Source: the human T2T-CHM13v2.0 reference genome, Homo sapiens. From it: a stretch of 64,000 nucleotides of DNA. The translations under genes and the position numbers were made by a program. A model generated the notes under the pieces. The model was not told where the DNA came from. It was given only the letters and a program-made list of their open reading frames with translations, and made no database searches. Shown one piece after another: positions 1 through 15,909 of this stretch. The DNA is taken from the NCBI RefSeq assembly GCF_009914755.1, contig NC_060925.1. The stretch is one strand, 5' to 3'. Positions within the stretch are counted from its first letter, which is position 1. Every line of letters begins with the position of its first letter.

Positions 1-215
<215 letters not shown>

Positions 216-408
216 TAATGCACATCTATATATATTATAGACAATTTGAACAAAAAGTCTTAGACCATAATTGAATAACACAAAAAATATCATTCTCAGA
301 ACTCAAAAAAAGTGACTCAAAATAAGCAATACAAAAATATTAATGAGTACTAGAAAAAGAGGGGTTTTTTGGTAAGTTGGCTTTACATTTGTCTACTGTG
401 TTATTTCA

Positions 409-2668
<2,260 letters not shown>

Positions 2669-3059
2669 ACTTGGACAGGGTATAGCACCAGAGTGAATGG
2701 GAGGAATCTCAGAACAGCTTTGTTTAATACAACAAATATTTGAGTATCTACTCTGTCCCAGGCATGGCAGGAGTGTAGGGGACACACTTGTCCATTTTTA
2801 AGCTATGCCCAGTTTCCCTATATGGCTTTATCTGCCCCACTCTACATATCACAAAACTCCATGTCCTACCCCCTCCACCCAGGCCCCAGTCACAGAAAAC
2901 TAGGCCTGGAGTGGACCGCTGGCCAAACAACCAATAGTCAGGGCTGGGCCAATAAGATTCTCTCCCCAGAACAAAACTCAGACACTAAAGCTGAGAGATC
3001 TGTAGAGTTGAGCAGGTATCTTTGACCACCTTGTTTCTAAGGTGAGTAAATGGAGAAAA

Positions 3060-3620
3060 CTGGTCTTGAGAGAGAAACAGGGAGCTCAGATACACAGGGG
3101 AGCATCTATGAGGCCATTTGAAGGGAGAACTGGACAGAAAGACAGGCAGATGGGCAGATATGGATAGGTGGAGGCAGAGACAGCAGAGACAGACAGCAAA
3201 GAGACATGGACAGTGGCAGAGACAGCAAAAACAGAGACAGTGATGAAGACAGATGGAAGACGGTGACAGACGGTGACACAGACTAAAGGTAGACAGTGAC
3301 AGAGACAGGCAGGAAGACAGACAGATGGAGAAAGGAGAGGAGAGAGCGAGGGAATGAAGGGACATAGGGCATGGGGCAAAGGCCAGGCCCACAGAGTACA
3401 AAAGCATGAGCCGAGAGCAAGAGACCAATAATAGCAAGACTGAGAGAGTGAGCCGCGGGAGTGAAAGACCAGGAGAGGAGAGGACATGAGAGACTGAGGG
3501 GAGAGAATGAGACCAAAGGCCAGAGGGAGATACAAAAAGAGAAGAAGAAAACCAGGAAACCCGGAAATATGGTGTTACTAGGGACACGTGAGAGGTAGGG
3601 ATTGGGAAGCTGGAGGGGAG
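3060..3620 (+). repeat. purine-rich (GAGA/GACA) low-complexity tract
   Basis: Degenerate GAGACAGACAG/GGAGAG repeats; this explains the Ser/Leu/Cys-rich minus-strand ORFs. Confidence 0.8.
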
Positions 3621-4055
3621 GAGACATTTTAAATGAAGAGAAGATGAGGAAAGTGGCCACTCAATGAAGTCAGGCTGGAGCACTGTCCCGGAGTGTTCCA
3701 GCCAGGTGGGAAAGCATAAAGGAGAATTTCATCTGACAGGAGAGTGACTAGAATTTAGGAGCTCTTTTTCATTTAAAAAGTATCAGCTATCATTTCAAAA
3801 TAGCAAATGCAGTATACACACTTATTTCCTCATTCTTGAATGATGAAAAAAGATGGAAATGGAACATGAAAGTATTTTATCGAGCTTGTAGGTAACCAAC
3901 TCACTGAACTGAAAAGCAAGGGCAGGCACATACTGCCTGCTTCAGACAGAACACAGGTGTTTTTGTGTGTTGAAAGGAGTACCTAAGTGCACATCCCCTC
4001 ACCAAATTCACCCCCATGACTGAATGGTCTGCACAAAATGTTAAGAAACCACTTT

Positions 4056-4294
4056 TGGCTCATGCCTATAATCCCAGCACTTTGGGAGGCCGAGGCGGGC
4101 AGATCACAAGATCAGGAGATTAAGACCATCCTGGCCAACACAGTGAAACCCCGTCTCTACTAAAATATGAAAAATTAGCTGGGCGTGGTGGCGGGTGCCT
4201 GTAGTCCCAGCTGCTCAGAAGGCTAAGCCAGGGAAATCGCAAGCCGAGATCGCGCCACTGCACTCCAGCCTGGCGACAGAGCAAGACTCGGTCA

Positions 4295-4325
<31 letters not shown>
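4056..4325 (+). mobile_element. Alu with right-arm internal deletion and (GAAA)n(GA)n tail
   Basis: Alu sequence flanked by ACCACTT direct repeats. Confidence 0.85.
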
Positions 4326-4344
4326 CCACTTTATCCAAAGAACA

Positions 4345-5030
4345 AGTAATTGGCTCTCTCAGCCAGGGTCTTGGCAGCAAAATATGACATACTCAATGGG
4401 TAATTTGAGGAATGTTTAATAAAGGAACTATTTACAAAGGTGTGGGAGAGGTATAGGCAGTAGTGTGTTAGCAAGCTAACTCTGGGAAGAAAAGAGTCCC
4501 GATTTATAACACTGGCCAATTTCTAAGGTGTAAATACCTTGCACCTTGGTATAAGCAGTTTTCAAGCTTCCAAAGTGAAGTTCCTGAACCAAGAATAAGG
4601 AACAGATGCACATAATCAGATCTTAAGAGGTAGAACCAGCCAATTGCAGCCTGCTCCAGCACACCACTTAGGAAAACCCCAAGACATTGTGCAGTACCCC
4701 AGGGTTAGTAACAGCTGGAAGCTTTAAGTCTCTAACCCTACCCAAACCCAAAGAGAGCAAGCTAGAGACATAACCTTTAATCAGGGGAAAACAGCTAGGC
4801 TAAGATGACCTCGCAGGAAAGAACAACAAGAATAAGGACTACAACCTCTCTCTTGCTTCCCATTTCGTGTGGTGTACCCCACAAGCTGAAGGCAGCCAAA
4901 AGCCAGAAAGCAAGGGAGCCTACAGGTGTACTCTATACAGGTCAGCCTCCCAGCCTCCAACAAGAGACAGGCTGGTAAGGAAGAGTGTGGTTCTAGGGAG
5001 GCAAACAGAAACTATTCAGTACCTTGGCCC
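4345..5030. mobile_element. old LTR relic (ERVL/MaLR-like) interrupted by a hAT-type DNA element (~4458-4668)
   Basis: LTR-like TTTAATAAAGGAACTATTTACAAAGGTGTGGG; the insert is bounded by CAGTAGTGTGTTAG and CCAGCACACCACT inverted termini. Confidence 0.5.
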
Positions 5031-5746
5031 ACACAGAGGCTTAAAGCACAGCCTTAATGATGATGGCATAGAAGTCTAATATATGCAGTCCCCATAATGC
5101 TGAGAGGAAAAGAAAGCAAATAAAATAAAAACTTAAATATCAATTTAATGGAAATAAATATAGTCTTATCACTCAAATTAACTCCATTTTCTTTACATGG
5201 CCCTGAAGTTCTAGCCTAAAACACATTTTCCAACTTCACTCTTAATACAAATCAAAGTTAAGCCATAGATAATTATCAGTAAAATTTGCCAATACGGTAT
5301 CAACTTTCAAATGCTGACTCCAGCACTCTGAGAATGCCAGTGGAGGATGTCTACATCGTTGCTTTAAGGGAAGAAAAAGGAGATGGAAGGCCGTTTCTCT
5401 TCTTTATAGAAGCACCTGATGTGATTGCAGAACATTTAAAAGGCTATGGGAAATGATGGTTTTTAGTCACTCTCAATTAATAATTACATTAATAATTATA
5501 GGATTGACTCAGTTAATTTCAGAACATCAGTTTCATGCAACATAGGACTGATCAAAAGAGTTGTCATTTTACTTTACATAATGAACAATCAGTATGAGTA
5601 AGCAAATTGACTATTGGCATAACTCTGTAATACCTAATCAGGAGAATTTTAAGTAGTTTTGTCATTAACAGGAGTGTTTCACTGTTAGAGCAGAAACTGT
5701 GAGAATCAAGGGAGATGCTGAAGTTGGCCAGACTGTGATCTGTTCA

Positions 5747-6387
<641 letters not shown>

Positions 6388-7354
6388 ACTGCACTTGCCT
6401 AGAGAACAGCCAGAGCATCAGGCAAATTCCAGTATCTAGGATGTGCTAAAAACTCACACCAATGGATGAGCAACCCAAGACAGCATGCCAAAGAAGACAG
6501 AGCAATGGGATATCCCAGAGGAATGTGGTTTGTTTAAAGAAACCTCAACTGCATCAGAACAAAATGTCACACATTCTGCAATCTTCTTTTAATTCACTTA
6601 CGGGATCTGGTTATCCCACACCCAACCTCACAAAAAAAAATAGCTATAAAATCTAAGAATAATTTTGGGTGAGGTGTTTATAAAGGAAAAATATGTAGTA
6701 AGTGTTGAATCAGTATAACATCCCTTAAATCTTTGGAGAGGTTTACAAAGCATGTTGGCCTCCGTCATAGATTCCTCTGTTAGACCCAGCATCACAAAAG
6801 CTGTACTCATTTTGGTATTCCTACTTGTTAGCACAGTATTGGGCACATAGGAAGTCCATCGTGCTTATAAAACTGAACCATAAGCTAGCCTTTGCTTTTT
6901 GTTTTAATTTTCCATTGAGTTTTGATTCCTCCACTAAATCTGTGCCTTTCCTTCAGTCATTTTGTTTTCATTTCAGTGAAACAAATATAAATCATTCACT
7001 TCCTAGTTCCTTCTCCCTTCCAGCTCTAATTCTTGCATAATCTCTGTCCCCAGGGTTTACTGCTTCTCAAATTAAGAAAATGAATATCCTAAACACACAC
7101 ACACCAAAAAAAAAAAAAAAAAAAATCCCACCACACTTGCATGTACCCTTTGCACATAATTCAAACTGTACAAGTCTTTCGCATCATTTACAATCGTGTG
7201 TGAGGGAGCTCCTCAGAGAGAATACTTCAACCCACAGTGGATACTGATGCCTCCCAAAGGGCAAGAGCAAGTTTTGTTTTCATTTAATTTTGGTCATGTG
7301 CTCCTATTAACATAACTCTCAATGACCCTGTTTTATTAGGTACTAGATTGTTTG

Positions 7355-8390
<1,036 letters not shown>

Positions 8391-11300
8391 AAAAGGGGAG
8401 AAGAATACAATGCAAAACTTATCAAAAGTTTTTTAAAGGTTTGCAGCTGGAAAAAACAATGGGCTAAGTCAGTTTTGTTCCACGGAGCAGACTGCAAATA
8501 AGTGGTAGCTATAAGAAGACAGATTTTGGTAAGACCAAATGACAGCAACAAAGGGAGGAGGAAGAGGCAGAGAGAAGAGAAGAAGAGAAAAACAAGGAAA
8601 GGCGGCAAAAGAAACACAATTATACTTGCTTACAAATAGAATATTCCTCACGAGAAAGTGAGGGTCCCATCACTGAAGCTAGTCAAACACAGGCTGGAGA
8701 ACCATCAGGAGGGAGGTTCTGGAGAGGATTCAGTGGAACAGTGGAAAATGAATTGTATAGCATGTCCCCCCAGAACTAAGATTCTGTGATTCTATTTCTC
8801 TTTCTCAACAGTTACAGGTGTGGCCACTTAGAGAAACAGAAAAAATAAAAAACAAGAAAAGTATGGTCCAAATATCCTAAGTGTATAAAGCAGATACTCT
8901 AGTAGATTTTTAAATGTTTGTTTACAAGCCATTAACTAATCAAAAATAAAGGGAAGGGAAGAATTGAAGAGCTTCAAGGTAATGCTCAAGGAACCACTCC
9001 CAAATGAGGTCCAACCATATATGCAGAGCTGGCATCGGAAACAATGAAGCCAAGGATTCAGTTGACCCACAGTGTTCCTCAAACACATCTATTCTTTTAA
9101 GATAGATTACTAAAATAAATGGGTTGCATAAAAGTCATGGAATTTGGAAGCTTTATTTCCTTAACATTAAATGACAAGGCTTCAGCTTCTCAATCCCCCA
9201 TCTAACATCAGCCAACAGATTTAACTTTTTGACACTTTCAGAGAAAGATAGCTGAGCCTTGGCTGAAGATTGTCTTAGAATATTTTACAAGAAAAAACAA
9301 GCTCTGCTGAGCTGGTAATAATCCAGATTATCATCCATTCCCCCTTGTAGAGGCACAATGGATTTTAACCAGTTTTCTGTTTTATAAATATTACCATGGC
9401 TCAAAACACCCATGAGGAGACACAACATTACTCGTGGTTCTCATCCTGTTTGCTAACTAATTATATCAACAACCTGAACCAACTTAACACTATACAAAAA
9501 CACAGCTGATTTAGCAATCTGTAAATTATACATGTACATAAATCTGTACCAAAATGTGCTGTGTTTCACTCCTGCTAATGTGCATGGATTCTTACTGGCA
9601 CCTACAATTGTTTGATATAGGTTCCCGAACACTAAAACATATGTTCTGCCCAGAATGGGACCATTTAGAGTAATATTTTTGTAGTTTCCTGGCACCAAGG
9701 TCTGCCAGCCTTTCTAAGACAGATCTCCTATTTGCTTCAGCAAACATTCTGACAACAAGTGCCTGCAGATTTAAGCAACTATCAAAAAATATTCTGTAAC
9801 AACAGTTTCCAACCATGAATATAAAGAGAAACAGGCTGGTTTTGCCTATGTGGCAACAAAGCCAGTAGGATTTAAAATGATCACTGACATGACCATAAGC
9901 AAAATCAAATAAAATATGGAGTATTAATTATTTCTGCTGCCTACTTACGGCAATTTAAAGAACAGATAATTATCAAATCTTTCCTTAAATGGGATTCAAA
10001 ATGTACCAAAGAAAGTTAAAAGTCGGTTTTAGTACCAGCAAGACCAGTAAACACCTTAGAAATGTTTTTTAAATACAGTGACAGGCCTAAACAGTCGCAG
10101 CCGGTCAACACTGTAAAATAGGGGCAAGAACCTTGGACCAAGATTCACTAGAATGTAATTTACTAATCACAAGGAGGGTTTCTTGTTTACCACTGTATCC
10201 TCAGTGTTCCATAAATACATTCAATAAATCTTTGTTGAATGAATAAACCAAAAACAACTGCTGGCTAGTCCCTGATCTGTCTCTAATTGCCTTTTCCTAA
10301 TTCTGCCTCTTACGAATTGTAGGTAAATCACTTAACCTGAGGATTCTTAGGTGAGTTTTAGTTTAAGGATTTTAGTTCCTTAAACTCTAAAATGGAGAGA
10401 CTGCACCTCCTCTACTAGCTTATGAGGATCAAAGGTGATACTCTGTGAAAAGTGACTTGGTACTTTATAATGGGGCACACAGATGTTAAGTGCCCATTAT
10501 CCCCGCCTTTGCCTTCAGCTAAACCACTGACAAAGGTGAACAGACTGCATTTCCTTGAAATATAATTAGCCTTTCCTTTGCCCTATTATTCTGTTGAGAT
10601 GTGGTAGTGTGGCTGTTAGCCAAGATGGATGTTGTTCTTGTTGTTATAACATTTTATTTAATCTCCACTGGGAAATTATGCTTCTTGAGAGAATATAATG
10701 GTAACATGAGGAAAGGGTTTTTGCATGGTGTACCATAAAGAATCTGACATTGGACTCAAATGGTTTGGGGCCTCATTAGTTCTGCCCTTAAATATTTGAG
10801 GAAAGCCTCTTGCATCAATTTCCTTATTTATACAATGATGGGGAAGGAGAGGCAGACTAGATAATATTTAAGGTCTGTCTCTTCCCACAGCTCTATGATA
10901 TTCCGGGCATCAGATATTCAAATAACCCAAAATGAAGTCAGTACTATTATTCATTATCATATGAGAAGTTTTTAAAGGATGATAAAAATAGTTCCACAGA
11001 CTAAGTCATAAAAGCTGGAGAAATTATAATGCTGAGAGAAGGATATATGATAGATGTCCTCTAAGGAATACCAGCCTCAGGCATTGTTTGCTCTGCCACT
11101 TTGAATAAGCCACTTAATATTCCTAGGACTCAGTTTTCTGATCTGTAAAAGAGGAACATTAATACTGCACAGGACCACTGGGAGAAAATATCTAATAAAA
11201 TGATCATAAAATATTGCTATTCAAAGGTAAAATGCTATTTTAATACCGTAATGTCCAAAAAAGGGCTCATGGATTTTAGAATGAGACAATCAATATCTTT

Positions 11301-11970
11301 AAATAGACTTTTTCCACCACAGTAAAATAATATAATGCATGCAGATATTGTGATATTTCTAGGAGTTCACATTTTTTCTTCCATTTGTGTTCAGGAAATA
11401 TTATAAAAGGGATCACCTTTTAAACATTGAGTCCCATATTTCAAGATGAGAACCATTTATTCTGAAATAATAATTTTAAAAATTCATCCAACTCTCCCAA
11501 GATGCTTCATTTTTTTTGATGCTATTCATTTGATTGGTTAATTGAAATCAACCTGCTGAAACTGGTGTTGAAATGACAATGCCCATCCTAAAAATATTCC
11601 CAGTGACTTATTCTATTCACATTCTATGATTACAGAGGGAAAGTGGCTCTAATAAGATCAACTAAAATAGACAGTATTCTGCCTTCACAGCTCCAAGATT
11701 CTTAAGGTTCCCTTAAAACCCAAGGCATCTTGTGACTTTTACATGTAAGTTTCTCTTCCTGCTCCCTCCACTCAAAAACATACACAGTATACATTAGGTA
11801 CTGGGTTTCCCCTCTAACTTACAGGGCACTGCCTCTTTACTGAAAAATAGAATTGTCATTGATATTTATGAGAAAGTTGGTGTCACTGACAATGGGATAA
11901 CCAAATTTGCAAGATTGTCTCCATACCCCTTAATAGTCCAATAAAAATAGCAATAATAGCACAGTAACTC

Positions 11971-12204
11971 TTATTTTATTTAAAAATAAATGAACAACTC
12001 CAGCTTTTTTATGGCAAAACAGTTCATTGTGGCTGTTCACATAGCAATTATCATCCCCTTGCATCCCCAGGTAATGACTGTGACCTTGACCTAAAAGCCA
12101 CCTTAGTTTGAATAAGGAAGACCTTGAAAGGAAAGGTGACTGACCAGAAACACTCTTAAGAGGCACACAATAAAGAAATGATCATTTCTAAGAAAGTACT
12201 TAAA
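11971..12204 (+). repeat. left arm of a ~235-bp inverted repeat flanking the KCNH1 promoter and exon 1
   Basis: Hand alignment to the reverse complement of 15910-16156 gives 14 substitutions, a T6 vs T15 run and a 4-bp TTAG indel. Confidence 0.95.
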
Positions 12205-13546
12205 TAATACATGATTATTTGCTATGCTAGTTGATGTGTTTCATTATAAGATAAACTTAAATCACTGTTTAATTAAAGAGTGTTTATTAGTAGCATAAGT
12301 CACTTTTCATGCCCTTCCCCTGAATCCCTAACTAAATCCAAACAGAAGCTCATCATTTTACACAGAAGCTCCTTAGACTCTGAAATCGTGATATTTACAC
12401 ATTATTAAAACCCATTTCCTAAGTTAGCTCCTCATGTCTCCCTGGTAGAAGAATGTCATCTGTTTCTGGAAGGGGTGGGGTGGGGGCTCTAGGAGTCTGC
12501 AAAGAGAATCTTATGCTTGGCTATCTTTCAATATAGCCATTTGATGAACTCGTGCGCTGCGCCTTCCAACTGCCAGGACTCCTAGTCGCTCTGCAAGTGC
12601 TTAGTTGGGGTCTCTCCTCTGTTAAGTCCGAAAGGCGTTTGGAATTCTTCCTTTCCATCCCCGCTCCTAGGACTCTCGCCTCTCAAGGCTTCATGCTACC
12701 GTCGATCTTAATGCCACAAGGAAACAGATGAGTGCTGATTGTCAGTTTATTGGGTAATGGATCTATTTATAGGTTTGGTGAGATTGGGAATTTATAGGTG
12801 AGCAACACTTAAGGGTGGCATAAAACCGTTGTGGGTTTGGAAGAGGGGAAATATAACAGGTTTGTACCTGTGACCATTTAGTTCGCTCTGCACCTGTGCC
12901 CTCCACTTCCCACCTGACGCCAGGAAAACCATCTGCCCCTCACTTCGAAGGTGAGCCTTAACTTCACCTAGAAAGTGGTGGGTGGGTGAAGGGGTGGAAT
13001 CAGGCCGCCGAGAGCACGTCCCGACACCTCGGACTTTTCAGTTGCAGGGATGGAAGGTGGAGGCAGCCGGATCCTCCCATTCTGAGGCAGCGGGGACCTG
13101 GAGTTGCCCGTCTCTACTGCTGGGTCTCCCTGGGGAGAGGCGGCGCCTCTGGGAGCAGCCCGGGAGCCCCAGAGCCTTCGCGGAAGGGTGGGCAGTGCCG
13201 ATGGGGCGCGCGCTGCCGCTCCGGCTGCAGCCAGCTTTCCATCACTTTTCCCAGTACTTTGCTCAGCAGCTGTCACGCATCCTTGGAGATAAGACCGAGA
13301 GGGCGCTAGAAAGGCCCAAAAGGCGTCCCCAGAAGAGCTCTCCTGTTAGGATGGGGACCCATCAGACCCCGCCCCGCCCTGCCCACCTTTCTCTGCCTCG
13401 GGGAGGCTGCCCTGGGTGCCCGCGCCGCGGCTCCTTAGCAGAGCTCGCGGGTTCTGCTGCATCTGCTGGCTCCGAGCGGCGAGAGGTTCTGCAATAAAGG
13501 CACGGATAAAACGCCCGGGTAATCGAAATCCGAATGCACCTCTTAC

Positions 13547-13625
13547 CATTGGACCGCCGAACAATATTCTCCAGAAACGTGTTTTGAGGGGCCACTAGTC
13601 CCCTCCTGCCCCCAGCCATGGTCAT
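13547..13625 (-). CDS. KCNH1: KCNH1 (EAG1/Kv10.1 potassium channel) coding exon 1, PAS-cap N-terminus
   Basis: Minus-strand translation [26 protein letters not shown] matches the KCNH1 N-terminus. It is 79 nt (26 codons + 1 nt, phase 1), followed by the canonical donor AATG|GTAAGA at 13546-13541. Confidence 0.97.
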
Positions 13626-13669
13626 CCTCCCAGCAGCTCGGGGTCCGGCGGGCGTCCTGGCGCGGCTTC

Positions 13670-13729
13670 TTACGACAGCAGGAAACTGGCCTCGGGGCCC
13701 GCACGCAGTCCCGGCTCGAAGCGCCCCAT
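13670..13729 (-). promoter_or_regulatory. upstream ORF (19 aa, [19 protein letters not shown]) in the presumed KCNH1 5' UTR
   Basis: ATG at 13729-13727 and TAA at 13672-13670; out of frame with the main ATG and ending 44 nt before it. Confidence 0.6.
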
Positions 13730-15909
13730 GCGCCCGGCGGGGATCCGCAGGCAGGGCTGGCGGCTCCCTCTGGCTGCTACCCTCGCGCCCTCTTCGCGCC
13801 TCCCTCCCTGCGGCCCGCCTCGCAGTGCACTCGCGCCGGCCTCGGCTAGCGGCAGCCGCCTCCGGGTGGGCGGAGGGAGCAGCGGCGCCTGGGCCGGCGG
13901 CGCCCCCTACCGGGCTCGTGCCCCACCGCCGGCCTGCGGGAGACCAAGCTGGGGGGCTCCCGCAGAGGCAGGGAAGTGGCGGGCGGCCGTGGACCAAGGC
14001 TGGGACGGCAGCGCCACCCTCTGGGTTCAGCCGGGAAATGTGTTCAGGATGTGCCATGGGCTGGGTGGAGAGGAGGGCATTGTGAGCAGCTTTCAGGGCG
14101 GATTCACCCCCAACAAGTCTTAGGGGAGCGTGCTGATGTAACTCTCTTCCTTTGCTCTGTTTCAGGCCGGGGCCCCCGGGACCTGTGAGGCTCTGGGAAC
14201 ACCTTCTTGCCTTCCTGTAAGGTTAGCCTGACTAGTGAAAGTTGCCCCACCTTGATTCTAGGCCAGTGTTTGAGCAGTAATTAATGAAGTCGTATTGCAA
14301 TAGTGCAGATTTAGAGTGACTGGCAGATTCAGCTTCAGAAGAGTTGTCTTGGGTTGTTTTTACCGTAGACACAAATGCAGGCTCCTGATGTTTGGTATGA
14401 TCAGTATCAAACTGCCTGACAAACATCAAAGGGGTGGACTTGTCTCTAAGGGCGAATGCTCAGGAGAGGGGCAGCATTAATTAAGCAACCGTGGCTTTGG
14501 CTTGAAGGGTAGTCTGTAGTGCAGAGGATACAGTTAGTTTTTACAGCTGACCCCTGGTATACGGAAGAACCACATACACCCAAGGTTTCTGGACAGGGGC
14601 TAAGACAACGGTCGTTTGTTCACTTATTTTGGGGGATTTCGACCCACACATAGTCTGTACCTGCCTTTTTACTATGTATCCCCAGTCGGTGCGGTGGGAG
14701 ACTAAGCCTATGTCCCACAGGAGAAATGAATGGAGAGTTTACTAGTTTCAGACTGAGTCAACAGTCAACACAAAAATGTAAGAGAAAAAAAAACTAACCC
14801 TGAAAATTAATTGTCTGGGTTAGCCATCCTGACATATCCTAATGTATTGCAAAGACATCCTGTCTCAGTTAATTAATTTCAAAAACAGAAGAACTAATTC
14901 TTGCCCAGAAATCTCTCAGAGTTGCTGTGAAGATCAAGCAAGAATTATGTATGGGGACAGCACCTTAAATTGTAAAGTGCTGTGCCAAGGTCAGACGTCA
15001 TTATTGGAGTGACTAAATAAATTGGGCCATTACGAATATCACCCTTTATCTCGTCTTGTGTAGAGACAAAGTAAACAGATTGCTGTTAGCAGAGAGTTGG
15101 ATAAGACTGTCATAGGATTTGAAATGCAAGTAATGATACACTTTTTCCTTAAGATAGCCTTCTACCCATCGCCTGTTACCTAGTCTAGAACAGTGATTTC
15201 TTAAACCCTAGCTCCGTCTAGTGGTTCTTTGTTCTATTACAAATGAGATAACACTGGTTGAAGAGAACTTGATTCTGAAATGTATTTGGTGCTGAGCTGA
15301 GCCAGTTTGGTGCCTATCCACTTCATTTGAATAAGTTCATTTAAATAAGGTTTTTAAAGTTGTGTTATCGCACAAACATGCCAAGGGAAGATTTTTCATG
15401 ACAATATTAAAAACCCATCAAGAAACCTCATAATCCTGCTTGTGAAAGGAAGATAAAGAAAATAATGTGGAGGGGAAAACTATCATAGAGAGTTAATAAA
15501 ATTTCTAAGGTTTTAATGAGCTCTCATGTTCTGTGGCTTAGATAAAAAAGGAAACAGATGATATTAGTTTGAGATCAGAGATGTTAAAGCCTTGGTGGGC
15601 AACCTGATGAGAAAAAGAAATAAGATGTCTTCCATTTTAAATGTACTACTGAAATGGATCTCAACATGGACTCTGTGTGTGTGTGTATGTGTGTGTGTAT
15701 TGGCACCTTTTTGAATACTACAATTTTTGGTGGCACACTTGAAGAAATTAAAAGACCTAAAACAAAATGGTGCTACTACAAAGTGGTTCTTTTTTTTAAA
15801 GTTTTAAACCTCCAGATTGTGTGCCATAACACGATCACATTATTTTACGTCTTTTTGCTTAAATAAGACTGGATGCTTATAAAAGCACTGTTATACTGTG
15901 TTATGGCAC

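Larger units (their letters stand above)
12990..14060. promoter_or_regulatory. KCNH1: CpG island / KCNH1 promoter and 5' UTR
   Basis: Very GC- and CpG-rich segment around exon 1, with GC boxes and an E2F-like TCTTCGCGCC at 13791-13800. Edges are approximate. Confidence 0.9.

Noticed and set aside
2985-3683. 232-aa Ser/Leu/Cys-rich ORF
   Set aside because: Artefact of the low-complexity pyrimidine strand.
9453-9816. Two overlapping minus-strand ORFs in intron 1
   Set aside because: No similarity to KCNH1 exon 2 or to any protein I recognise.
13362-14057. 231-aa minus-strand ORF and overlapping plus-strand ORFs in the CpG island
   Set aside because: GC-rich DNA is stop-poor. Only the 26-codon KCNH1 exon is recognisable; the rest is promoter, UTR or intron read-through.
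14953-14964. REST/RE1 half-site-like GGACAGCACC
   Set aside because: The left half-site is absent and it lies in MIR-like sequence.
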